From Podarcis melisellensis (Eukaryota), in assembly GCA_964234715.1 (NCBI GenBank), contig OZ174276.1: a stretch of DNA of 64,000 nt; one strand, written 5' to 3'. The notes below the pieces were generated by a model that searched no databases, was not told the origin of the DNA, and saw only the letters and a list, made by a program, of their open reading frames with translations. Positions 1-11,237 of the stretch are shown one piece after another. Numbering within the stretch: position 1 is the stretch's first letter; each line of letters starts with the position of its first letter. Made by a program: the position numbers and the translations under genes.

Positions 1-69
1 CATTCATCTTCTCAAAAAGCAACCCACTTTTTCCCCCTCTCAAAAGTAAATATAAATATAAGTAAATAT

Positions 70-1190
70 TACTGTGGAAAGTAAATATAAGGTTTACAGC
101 ATGCTACAGATTAAGAGAGAATTTTATGAAGTTGCAGCATAGGTGGTATTTGACACCAAATACACTAGCAAAAATGTCAAAATCAATAAAGGGTAATTGC
201 TGGAAATGTAAGACGGAAGTAGGAACCTTCTATCACATGTGGTGGTTGTGTAGCATAATTAAAAGGTACTGGGAAATGATCTAAAATGAACTAAAAAAAA
301 AGTTTAAAAAATCCTTTCCTAAAAATCCAGAAGCATTGTTGCTGGGGTTAATAACAACAGAAGTCACAAAAAAGAGAGAAATTTGTTCCTGTATGTGAAA
401 ACAGCCACCCATGTGTTACTAGCCCAAAAATGGAAAACAGACAAGGTACCAACAAACGAAGAATGGCACATTAAACTGTTAGAATAGGCAGAGCTTGCAA
501 GAATGACCACTAGAATAAGAAATCAAAATGATGAAAGATATAAGGAGGACTGAATATTGTTTATTGAATATATTAAAAAGTATTATAAATAAACAATCTA
601 CCTAGCAGGATGGCAATAAAATAAGAAATAACTTATAAATAACTAAGAAATAACTAAAGTTTATAAAAGTAGTTACAATAAATGGAGTGAACCAAGGAAA
701 CGCGGGAAGAAGAGGAGATGAAAGGAAACATGGAAGGAGAGGATAGGAAGTTGGTTAAGTAATGTTTTATGGGCTTGGGGTTTTTTTGGTCTATTCTTGA
801 AAATCTTAAATTGCAACCTCTTTTTTATTTTAGAGACTCTTTTCTTATTGTATTAGAGTCGTGCCTTTGAAGTCGAACGGAATCCATTCCGGAAGTCTGT
901 TTGACTTCCAAAACGTTCGGAAACCAAATCACGGCTTCTGATTGGCTGCAGGAAGCTCCTGCAACCAATCAGAAGCTGTGGCAGCCCAGTCAGACGTCCA
1001 AGTTCCAAAAGAACGTTTCCAAACCGGAACAATCACTTCCGGGTTTGTGGCATTCAGGAGCCAACACGTCTGAGTTCCAGGGTGTTTGGGATCCAAGGTA
1101 CGACTGTATTTTTGTCTACATTTTGTTGACATGGGATTATATCAGAAACACAAATAAATAAAACAGAGAAAGGACAAAAAAAGAAGGGAA
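70..1190 (+). mobile_element. L1-clade LINE 3' fragment (ORF2 C-terminus plus 3'UTR), degraded, interrupted by a MITE
   Basis: Translates FTACYRLRENFMKLQHRWYLTP...NCWKCKTEVGTFYHMWWLC (CCHC zinc knuckle typical of L1 ORF2) with in-frame stops; AATAAA and A-rich tail near 1155-1185. Confidence 0.85.
856..1106. mobile_element. Tc1/mariner-type MITE
   Basis: Imperfect TIRs GAGTCGTGCCTTTG / CCAAGGTACGACTG flanked by TA (854-855, 1107-1108); internal palindrome TTCTGATTGGCTGCAGGA..TCCTGCAACCAATCAGAA. Confidence 0.8.
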
Positions 1191-1420
1191 ATGATCTCAA
1201 TATCTTATCCGGTGGGTGTGTCTGCTCAGGTATGCAACACGGAGCTGGGTCCACACATGCAAGGTGGCTTGGATGAGGCCTAGTGTGCAGTTCAAACTTA
1301 GGCAGGGGGAAAGGTGCCTGAATTGACTCTGGCTACGTTGTCCCTTTGGATGGCAGGCAGTAATTCCTGCTTAGACGGTCAGTTCCATTGAACAGGGATG
1401 TGGCTTTTCTTCCCTTAGCC

Positions 1421-1556
1421 CAGTGTTTCCCAAACTTGGGCCTTCAGCTGTGTTTGGACTACAGTTCCAATCATCCCTGACCACTGGTCTTGCTAGCTAG
1501 GGATGATGGGAGTTGTAGTCCCAAAAGAGCTGGAGACCCAAGTTTGGGAAACACTG
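1421..1556. mobile_element. hAT-type MITE
   Basis: 20-bp perfect TIR CAGTGTTTCCCAAACTTGGG / CCCAAGTTTGGGAAACACTG; 8-bp TSD ccttagcc / tcttagcc. Confidence 0.85.
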
Positions 1557-2630
1557 TCTTAGCCCAAGAAGCACCCATTGTGAGATTGGAAGAGGAGTAG
1601 AAGGGAGCCAGCAGGAAGCCAATAGGCAGCCAATATTCAAGGTTTGTGTAGGAGAAAACAGACCGACTACCTGAGAATGACTTGTCTGCTTACACTGAGG
1701 AGAATAGGCTGCCTGAGTCACCGTGTGACCCACTATAGGATGTCTCCTAGTCCTCCGTCTGAAAGCTGGCTTGGGTTAAGATCAGCCTGAAATAAAAAGA
1801 CCTGTATTTTCCATAAAAAATCTCCTTGCGGTACATGTCTATACGTTTGATTACTTGTTTTCTTTTTTTGTTCTACAAAAGAAAAAAAAGCACCATGGTT
1901 TCATAATGTCTTTTTCCCTTCTGCTTCACAATGGGACTGAAACAGCCAAGATTAAAAAGCTAGTTGCAGGTATGGATCAAAATAAATTGCAACTTTTAAC
2001 CCTAAACCTCCAGGATTTGAATTTATACATAGAGTGTACGTTGAAGGCGCTTGTGAAAAAGCACAGTGCGTTTTTAAACTTGAACTTCTTGCAAGTACTC
2101 AAGTCTTCACCCCGTCCGTGGCTTGCTTTTGACTGGGCACCTCGTCCTGGAATCTCTCTTGAGATTTCACCGGTTCCTTCACAGCTCCCAAACCATTTAA
2201 TCTCAACGCGCCTGAAACTCCCTCACTTGAAGTACCGCTTCCTTTTGAATGTCACGCAGTTCGTTCCCTCTGCCTGCCTTGGTTTTCCATTTCGCTTTGA
2301 TCCAAACTCGGCTTCCCTTTGGAAAGAGCTGCCCCTCCCTACTTTGAAATGCATTGTGCATTGCCGGTGTTCAGTGTACAGACAAAAGAAGACATGGCAA
2401 GAGAAAACGACCCCAAAATGATAATTTATTTCTAGAAGGTGCTTGGGGAATTGGGTTTCTTGTGGCCATGGGTACCAAAGTGAGCTGTGTCCTCAAGATC
2501 TGATAAGTGCAAGTGTTTTGTGGAGACTGTAGCATGCCCACTACTACTCTTTCCGAATTCCTGTGTATGGTAGACCATTGGGGTGCATTCATTCCAGCCC
2601 CATTTCCCCTCCTCCCCTCTCTCTTTCTAG

Positions 2631-2810
2631 AAGCTGGGAAGGAGAAGGCACTGGACCATGCCGCCTTGTTAGAAGTGATTAAGGAACAGCAGGTTCAGCA
2701 GAAGCAGCTCTTGGATCAGCAAGCAAAGTTGCTAGCCGTGATTGAGGAGCAGCACAAGGAGATCCACCAGCAGAAGCAAGAGGAGGAAGGAGAGGAAAAG
2801 CCAAAGCAAG

Positions 2811-2863
<53 letters not shown>

Positions 2864-4560
2864 ATTAACTAATAGGGGTTAGGGAGCCACTCTGAGAAGG
2901 GTGGTATCAGTGGACCATGAACGGAGCCCATTTCTTCAGCTTTGCCCTAGGAATGCTTCTTCTCCAGTTCCCTCCTCTGCATCTAGCAATACAAAGCCAT
3001 TCTGGAAGCCAGCATAGCAGAAGCTGTTTCCTGGCGTGAAAATTCTCACTTGTGTGTAATTGGAAACCACAGGAGGATAGATGGAAGTGGAGGAAAGGCG
3101 ACATTGGGGTTTGGGGAGACATCCACGTTTCTCTGCAGCCGTTCGGAGCTGCAGGAAGCCTGAAGCTTAGGAGGAGCCTCTTCTTTACTACATTGCTGCC
3201 CTTGTTTATGAGCTTCAAAATTAACCTGGTCACCATGGCAGTCAGGCGTGAGCGGCGGTAGGGAGAATTTGGGGTGGGGAATGGTGTGACCTCCTTATGA
3301 GGCTGTTGTGTGAACTCCCCGGTTGTTGGCAGTAGGGAGATTTCCCCTTTGTTAGAACATGCAACAACTAAGAGCTGTTTGCTTTTCTCTGCAGCAGAAA
3401 TACACCAAGAACCTGACCTGCCTATCCTCAAAAGCAAGGAGAGAGAGGATGGTCTTGAAGATAAATTTGAAGACGTTGGGAAGATTATACCAAATAATGG
3501 ACTGGATCGTCCTCTGCGTGGGCTTGACACCCACCTCCAAGATTCTAATGGCCAGGGAAGACAACAGGTTGCAGGAGAGCAGCAAGCAGACAGCAAATTT
3601 ACTGGAGGTCCACCTAAAATCCCTGCAGCTCATCCAAATGAGGCTGAGAAGATTTCACTGCACCAAGCTGGGAAAAATCAAGCTGGGAAGTTAGTGGAGC
3701 CGGTCAGAAGCGACTCACAGGTAGCCAGGGCTGGTGGGCATCACCAGGAAAAGCAACTAAAGATTGTGGGGTTGAAAGAAGGCCAGGATACTCAAATGGT
3801 CCAAAATGCCCTGGAAAAGGTCAAGAATGTCCAGAAAATGGTTGAGGTTGCACAAAGAGCTGTAGGCCAAAGAGAGATGCCTGACGCAGCCAAAGTTCAT
3901 GTGGCGGCTGAGAAGATTGCTCCAAGAGTCTCCGAGAGAGAGCCGTTTGCCAGGGAGACGAACAAAGAGGCGCCCCGTCATCAAGAACAGCAAGCAGATC
4001 CTGCTCATAAACCAAAAGTCTCTGAGAACATGCACGAGAACCTGGAGGTCCCAGGAGTCGTGAAGGTCGAGAAAGTTGGAGAGAAGCAAGCGTTACCTTT
4101 GGACCACATTGGTAAACTGCAAGGCCAGGGGGGCGGTAGTAAAGAGGGGGTGGCAGCCGGAGGCCACAGCCCACAGCCCCATCGTGCCAATGAGCCAGGG
4201 CCGGATTTGGAGAGCGAGCGAAAAGAACCAGAGAAGTTACAGGAGCCCGAACACGACCCTGCTGTGAAGCCAGAGAAGGCTAGGCTTGCTCCCAGGGAGC
4301 ATGAAAATGCCAAACCCAACAGAGACCTCAAGTTGCAGGCTGACCTAGACCTGCGCCGTAGGAGGCGGGACCTTGAGGAAGAAGAGAGCGAGACAGGGGA
4401 TGTGATAATTGGACTAAACCCCCTCCCAGATGTGAAAGTCAATGACCTCCGCAGTGCGCTGGAGACTCACTTGAACCAGGCAGCAGAAGGTGCTCAGCAA
4501 GCACTTCATAGTCGGCAGATTAAACAGATAACTGTGGCAGAGGAGGAGGAGGAGGGGTGA
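2631..4560 (+). CDS. SLC38A10: SLC38A10 (SNAT10) amino-acid transporter, last two coding exons (partial gene): 2631-2810 and 3395(or 3398)-4560
   Basis: Exon 2631-2810 (ttctAG/.../GTtaat, phase 1-1) encodes [45 protein letters not shown]. The terminal exon ends ...DLRRRRRDL...[18 protein letters not shown]...LHSRQIKQ...EEEEG* (TGA 4558-4560). Both match the SLC38A10 C-terminal tail as I recall it; synteny with NDUFAF8/TEPSIN/CEP131 agrees. Confidence 0.93.
2813..2861. repeat. (TAA)n microsatellite abutting the SLC38A10 splice donor
   Basis: About 16 perfect TAA units starting at intron position +3. Confidence 0.95.
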
Positions 4561-7500
4561 GAGAGGAAGGCTTTGCATGACTGAGACCAAACGTCGGGCC
4601 ATTTTGGGATGCCTTGTTACTGAGCTGCCTGCAGTTGGAGATGCAGCTGTTGGCAGCCTAAATCAGCTAGCTCTATCTGAACCGGACAAATTTGACTGGC
4701 GCAGTCTTGAGGGAAGCCACTTTCATACTTCAGTACTGCAACAGCTTGTCCCTTCTCCTCATTTCTGCTGGTGGCTAACCTGCAGAGCATCTCAGTTTTG
4801 GAGTGCTTTGTGCTTGCCACCTTTCCAAAGAAGCATTTGCATTTTATTCTCGCTCAGTTGCCTTTTAACTATTTCCTTTAACTTCTGTGTGTTTGGAACT
4901 GGAACTCGTTTTCATGCTTGCTGTTTGATCTAGATCAAATCTGCCTCTCCGCTCGCATCCCTTACAGTGGGGAGGGGGAACCTGAGACCCGCCAGATGTT
5001 GTTGGACTCCAGTTCCCATCGCGGGCAGTGGAAAGGGATAGTGGGGGTTGTATTCCAGCACCACCTCGAGGGCCACAGGTTCCCCCCCGCCTGCCTTTAA
5101 ATTAATTTTGGATTCTTCTGTTATTTGGGGAATGGGTTGATATGCCTTTGGGAAGAAGGGGGGGGGGGAGAAGTTTCATGAGTGTCTCAAGTGAGAAGAC
5201 ATTCCATCAGTTTAATGGGTCCAGAAACACAAAGCTAGTTAGTGTCAGAGGCATCCTTAAACAAGCTTATAAGCGGCTGTTCTGATGCATCAGGGGTCCA
5301 CGTTAGCAATAAAGAGGTTGCCCATCATTTCCTCCTCTTGCTCAACTATCAAATATTAGGTTTATGCTTTTAATACATTCCTATCCCAAGTGCATTATGG
5401 AACCATACTGTGCATGAAAACTCTGTCAGCCACCTGCTGCACGAGGAAGCAATTTAAAGGAAGCAAAACGAAGAGATTCCAAGTCAGCGTTATTCCAGTG
5501 GGCCAGCCTGCGCCTACCTCTTTCCTCCATTTGGCAAGTGCAGGCAGCGCTGTTTAAAGCTACCCCTACCTGGTCCAACAGTCCAAGCGTTTGTGAAAGG
5601 TGCTTGTGCGCTTGAGCAGAGCGCCGCTTGGTTTCGGGCCTCCTGGTAGGGTTTTTGGCATTTGCTGTTGATAAACGATGCGGCGAAACTGGAAAGCATT
5701 TGACTCTTGGATGCCCCTAACAGCTGATGGTATCTTCCCATCTAATCTAAGATTCTCCATGCTGCAGAAATAATAGAATTTGGCACTGTGGGAATGTTTT
5801 GTTATAAACAAGCAGGGTCTTCGAGTCTGTAAATTGGCCTCTTTCTCCTATCAGTCTGTTTATCTGGAACAGTTATGGGCTTAGGGTGCAGAAATACCTG
5901 TGATGGCATTGCTTTTAGGACAATAGCAATGCCATCACAGTCTTGACAAGTGAGGCAGAGCTAGATCCTGCCTTTGCCGTATCTTGCCTGTGAAGTGTGC
6001 TTGATGTGTCTCCATTAAAGGAGACGGAGAAATGTGGCTGGTTCCACTTAACCTACTTTGAGGGACATGTTGCCTTGTCATAAGCACGATTGTCATTATA
6101 GCCTTAATCTTCAGAAGACTCACTGGGCTGATCTGGACATATCACTAAACCATAGTTTAGTGTTATGAGAACAAACCTAAGCAAGCCTTGAGCGTATATA
6201 TTTCCCTCCTGTGATGTGAGCTTTAAAAACAACAACTTTTAAACAAAACTTTCTACATCACCTGAACACAACAAACCGTGTTTAATCTTAACTATGGTTT
6301 GCTAGAACAGCCAACTTCAGGTAAGAAACTGGCTTGCTTAAACAAACTATATAGTTAAGGTTGATCATAGAGTGGGATTCAGGTGCAACATTAAGGTGTG
6401 GCTAATGTGGTGTCTTCCATATATTTTGAACTGCTACTCCCATCAGCTCCACTCAGCATGGTCAGAGACGCTGGGAGTTACAGTCTATCAACATCTGGAA
6501 GCTATCATGTGGGCTACCCCACATTAAACCAGAAGTGTAAGCTTCTGATCACAGCCTTGCATCTTTTTTGCACCAGAGGCTTACTGCAGCTTGTTCTCAT
6601 ACCCATGGTTTAGCATTACATGCGACCACCTCAAGTAGTAACGCTGCTCAAAGCACAGTTCAGCCACAGCTGAGACTGCTGTTACTTCAGTTTCGTTTGT
6701 TAAGTAAAAAGGGGTTAAATGTTTGTATGATCTTTCTACATGTGTTCTATTTGTAAATACCAGGAAAGTTGCTTTAATATTAAAGGGTTATGGAGATGTC
6801 CCTGTATGTCCTCGTCAGGCTTTTTCTGATCAAGAGCGATGTGATCATGTGCTGTGCCTGTTCTGTAACTAAAGGACCAAAGATACTTGTGACAACGCTC
6901 GATAGAGCAACTGAATTTTAAACAAGCCATCTCCATACAATTGTGGAGAGTGAAATCTGGGGAAGGAGGCTTTGGACTGCACCTGGTGGATTACGGGCAG
7001 GCTGCACAAACAAATAAAGTAAATGCTAGCATTTTCACCTGGAGCCTTTTGTTGTTCTTGATGCAAATAACATTTGTTCGTATTTCACAGAATGTGATTG
7101 CTAATCTGCAACCAATATGCACCAGTAAGGAAGTGTCCCTTCCTCTCCTGTCGATCTTGGCTTGGTTTCAAGTCTTTTACATTCTCTTGAACTCAAATGC
7201 CACCCAAAGAGCCATCAACTTGAGAGTGTTTAGCAGAAATCTGGGGAATCGGAAGTTCAGTTATGCTCTTGCTAAGTACCAGGGGGCCATTGCTTGTTTC
7301 CAGCCATTTGGCTGCCAATGCTTTACATTTACTGTGAGTAAATCAGTTTGCGAGGCACACTTGTAAAATAGATTTGGAGGTATTCGGTTGAATGACAGTT
7401 TTAAATATTTTTACTTACATCCATCCACATTAAAAAAAGAAGTCATGAATCCAGCGTTCTTTGATACAGGGCCCACTCAAATGGAGACTCGACTCCAGAT

Positions 7501-8416
7501 TTGAACACTTGTCTAAAATTGTCCTAAGAACCTTCATAGCTCTTTGGCCTTGGGTGCCTACAATGATGGAGGACTCGCTGGCTTTCTTTGGTAAGTAGGA
7601 GCCACAACGCTACACCAATCTTTGCACTTCTAGTGGGCGGATTACTAAGCTGTTCAGTAACCTTGGCCTATAAAGCCTTTTTCTCCTTAGGCAGTTTCAC
7701 TGATTAGATTTTTTTTTCAAAGCTTCAATTAGGAAATGCATGTTCAGAAGGGAAATCAGGCATGCAGCTACAGATTCCTCAACACGGCAGGGTTCAGGGT
7801 ATTATTATTTTTTAATATGTTTTCCCGCCACAAATTAACAAAGGCTATTATGGAGTCCTGACACCCTGGGCCTTCATATTTCCTTGCCCCAAATCTTCAA
7901 GAACTGGAATTAACAAAAACCAACTATCTTGAGCAAAGCTCTAGCTGCAGTGCTCTACTTTGCATTTTGTTCCTGTAAGTAGGAAGGGAACGAGTAAATC
8001 CTCGGGGCAACATTGATACTAACAGCTAATTTAACTATCCCACAGGCATTTACACCGGGGAGAAAGGAAGGAGGGCTGCTTATTTACTAATTCCATATTT
8101 TGGCAATCAGGCACCTCTGGCAAAAGTGCAATTTTATCATGCCCTTCTTGCTTGCAGCACTTCCATCATCAGATTGACTATAACAGGGATTCTCTTGTAG
8201 TGCAGAAGGTTGATTGAATAGTCTTTCCATGCCTTCCAGTCCATGATGTAGTATTTTGCTCGCTCCCTGCCCCCCACCCCAAACTGTGTATCAGACATGT
8301 TTACACCATATTTAAATCAAAATCCCAGATGCACAGGGTCTTAGAAAAATTAGTTCAGAACAAAGCTTCTTTACGTGTGTAATTTGAACAGCCATAGATC
8401 TGCATATATTGCAAAC

Positions 8417-8422
8417 TTTATT
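8417..8422 (-). terminator. Probable NDUFAF8 polyadenylation signal (AATAAA on minus strand)
   Basis: tttatt about 110 nt downstream of the NDUFAF8 stop codon. Confidence 0.6.
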
Positions 8423-8533
8423 TTTTTTAAAAAAATAAATAAATCTCCCTCCTTGGTACATATGGGTGGATCAAGCACACAAAAACAACAACTATAAATC
8501 CAGGTTTGCAGTCAGTTGTGTGTCTTCAGTACT

Positions 8534-9854
8534 TCACTTTACATTCCTTTTTGCCTGTAAATGATGATACATTCTGATGAGTCATTGTCATTAGGATTCA
8601 TATCACCAATTAAGGATTATGTAAGTATCTGTTGATATATATGCTGCACCATAAAATGTGATCTTAAAAAAAGGAGTACGCCAATCCTTTCCTCTTCTGA
8701 TGGGCGACTCCAATAGGCTAAACTCCAGTTTAAAGCAGGATACCTGTCATTACCATGCAAAGATCCTTGCAATTATGCATCTGAGCTCCAGATGTTTTGG
8801 ACTACAACTCCCATTAGCACAACAGCACAGCCTAATGGGAGCTGTAGTCCAAAACATCGGGAGGAAAACAGCTTGGCAAAGCCTAATGCAAATAGTTTCT
8901 CTTAAAGACCACAAACTGCTTTTTAGCAGCTGCTTTGGTCAAAACTCCCCATCCTGCGAAATATGGACACCCACATGAAATGAATGCTTCTGATAGCAGG
9001 TCCTTTGATCATAGATGCTAGTAGTGAATTCAGACTCTATAGTAGATATATGCGGAGCCATGGGCATTTCTGGCACCAGTTGTGCTAAACAGAAGATACG
9101 GTTTATTTTATACCAAATGAGAAACATTAATGCTTTCAGAGATAAGCTACATGGACTCTCAGATTTCAACTCTAAATTGGTGTTTCCTTATAATAAAAAA
9201 GTGCTACAGGTGTGGAAGCAAGCCTCCAAAGTGTTAAGATACTTGCAGAACAGGCCAGAAGCACACCAAGCTTAGGAAAAGGGGAACCTATGGCACTCCA
9301 GTGGTGTACAACTCCCATAATCCCCGACCATTGCTTTGGCCTGATGGAAGTTGCGACTAACAAGACGTGGACAGCCGCAGGTTCCAGTCCCTGATCTCAC
9401 CCAGTATCCTATTTGGTGGCTGTGAGAATAGCAGCAAAGAACTACTTCCTGTTAATGCGAGTGTACAAAATTTTCATTTTGTTCTCATCCTTGCAGAAAG
9501 GTCTTTCAAAGCAGCATGTTACTTTTATGGGATGAACTGTGGCTTAAGGAAGCTTCCCAGGCTAGTGAATAGCAATTACTTAGGTTGTTACTCAATAAGA
9601 CCCCCTAGAGCAGGGGTGGTGAACCTTAGGCCCTGGGGCTAAATGTGGCCCTCCAAGCCTCTCTTCTCTGGCCCTTGGAATGCTCCCCAGGCCATGCCCT
9701 CACTGATCCTGCCTTGTACTCTACTCATGTTCTGGCCTGGCTGGAATCTGTCACTGAATTCTGAAAATACCTGGATGAAAGACACAGAGAATGATGGGAA
9801 GGGGGGTATAGAACCTAGCCTAGGTATAAAAGGTAAAATTTACATTTATTACTC

Positions 9855-9899
<45 letters not shown>

Positions 9900-11237
9900 T
9901 CTGGCTCTGCACACCACTGCCATGCAACCCTCTGAAGGCTGCCCAGAAGGGAATGCAGCTCTTGAGCTGAAAAAGGGTTACTTGTCCCAGCTCTAGAGCT
10001 CCAGAAACATAAAAAAGGAGGGAGACCTAGCTTTCCTATTCTGTAGTGGTCCACAGCCTAATGGCAGCACTAAATAAAGATGCTGGCCTCACTCTCAAAG
10101 TTAAGGAGATGCAAGTGACTTACGCTCTTTGTGAAGCAGTCCATCAGCATCTCAAATTCCTTGGCACAAGCATCCTTTTTCAGGTCCCCGTGGCCTGTCG
10201 TCTTGGAGGCAACGCACTTGCCGTACACAGAGGCCTGCAAAGATCAATCCCAGTCAGATGCTATATCTAAATATACAAGCACTTAGATACTTGTTCAACC
10301 TTGCTGGTTTCTTGAGGGCTAAGCCCAGAACGCCTAACCATTCTTTTTCAGATTTTTAGGGTGGACTCTCTGCAGGGAGGGAATGCAACGGGCGTGTGGT
10401 GCGTGCAAAAAGCTTGCAGGAAGGTGGGCAAGACCCTGACTGAAGCGGCGCCAAGCAGCGCTTAAGAAGCATGGATTGGTTGATCTGTCAGCCAGCCAGT
10501 CCGTGCCTTCAAAGCTCTCCCTTTCACATACAGCAGGGAGCGACGTTTTCCCACCACCCCGGGCAGCCTTTTCGCCTGAGATCTTTCCTGTGGCACTTGT
10601 GGGGTTCATGGGTGTAGCATAGCTGTCAACATTTCCCCCTTTTAAAGGGAAATCCCCTTATTCCCTCGCAAGAAAAGGGAAAAGTTGACAGCTATGGGGC
10701 ATAGCCAAGGGGGTTGGGAGGGTCAGCTGCCCCCCTAGATCAAGTAAAACAATAGAAATAACTGACCAAATCACGTCTGTTCTGCCTCCCCCCTAACAAA
10801 AATCCTGGCTACGCCCATGGTGGGGTTGCTGATACTGATCTACTTTGCAGACTTGTAAGGATTACTTTATTATTTGGCCAAAATAAAAAAAGTAAATAAA
10901 GTAATCCTTACAACAAAAGATTAAATCAGATGTAATTTGGCGTGGGTCTGTTAAAAATCTGGAAAACCAATAAATATCATTTGCACCCCCACCCCAGATT
11001 TTTAACAGATCGACACCAAATTACGTCTGATTTAATCTTTTGCTGTAAGGATTACTTTAAAAACACACACGCCCTCCCAATGAAAAGTGTCCCCTGGGCG
11101 TGGAAGAGAGAGAGAGAGGGAGAAGGGTGCCGTTGCCATGACGACAAGCCCCGTACCTGCTCCCCACAACCCGCCAGCAACTCGGGGAAGCGCTGCAGCC
11201 TCTCCCGGACGCGACCCCAGACTCCTCGGCTAGACAT
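8534..11237 (-). CDS. NDUFAF8: NADH:ubiquinone oxidoreductase complex assembly factor 8, 70 aa; exons 11237-11157, 10234-10124, 8554-8534
   Basis: Spliced translation MSSRGVWGRVRERLQRFPELLAGCGEQ/ASVYGKCVASKTTGHGDLKKDACAKEFEMLMDCFTKS/AKRNVK*. Twin CX9C motif (CGEQASVYGKC, CAKEFEMLMDC); Kozak GCCGCCATG; GT-AG phase-0 introns; resembles human NDUFAF8 (VWGRVR..L..FPE.LA.CG). Confidence 0.95.
9611..9990. mobile_element. hAT-type non-autonomous element containing a (TA)n tract
   Basis: Begins CAGGGGTGGTGAACC, ends CCCAG; 8-bp TSD ccctagag / ctctagag; (AT)n at about 9858-9892. Related copies near 21295-21655 and 40968-41360. Confidence 0.7.
10607..10819. mobile_element. hAT MITE with a second MITE (10618-10696) nested in its left TIR
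   Basis: Outer TIRs CATGGG(C/T)GTAG.CCA / TGGCTACGCCCATG with perfect TSD GTGGGGTT (10599-10606, 10820-10827). Inner TIR CATAGCTGTCAAC / GTTGACAGCTATG with TSD gggtgtag / gggcatag. Confidence 0.88.
10853..11058. repeat. Long inverted repeat (65-bp arms 10898-10962 / 10994-11058) plus an overlapping 19-bp inverted repeat
   Basis: Long arms 60/65 complementary; third partial copy TTGTAAGGATTACTTTATT at 10853-10871. Confidence 0.9.

Noticed and set aside
1855-2421. 188-aa plus-strand ORF
   Set aside because: Non-ATG start, intronic in SLC38A10, no recognisable domain or exon signals.
2907-4442. Minus-strand ORFs of 229, 110, 117 and 145 aa
   Set aside because: Largely antisense shadows of the SLC38A10 terminal exon; no independent evidence.
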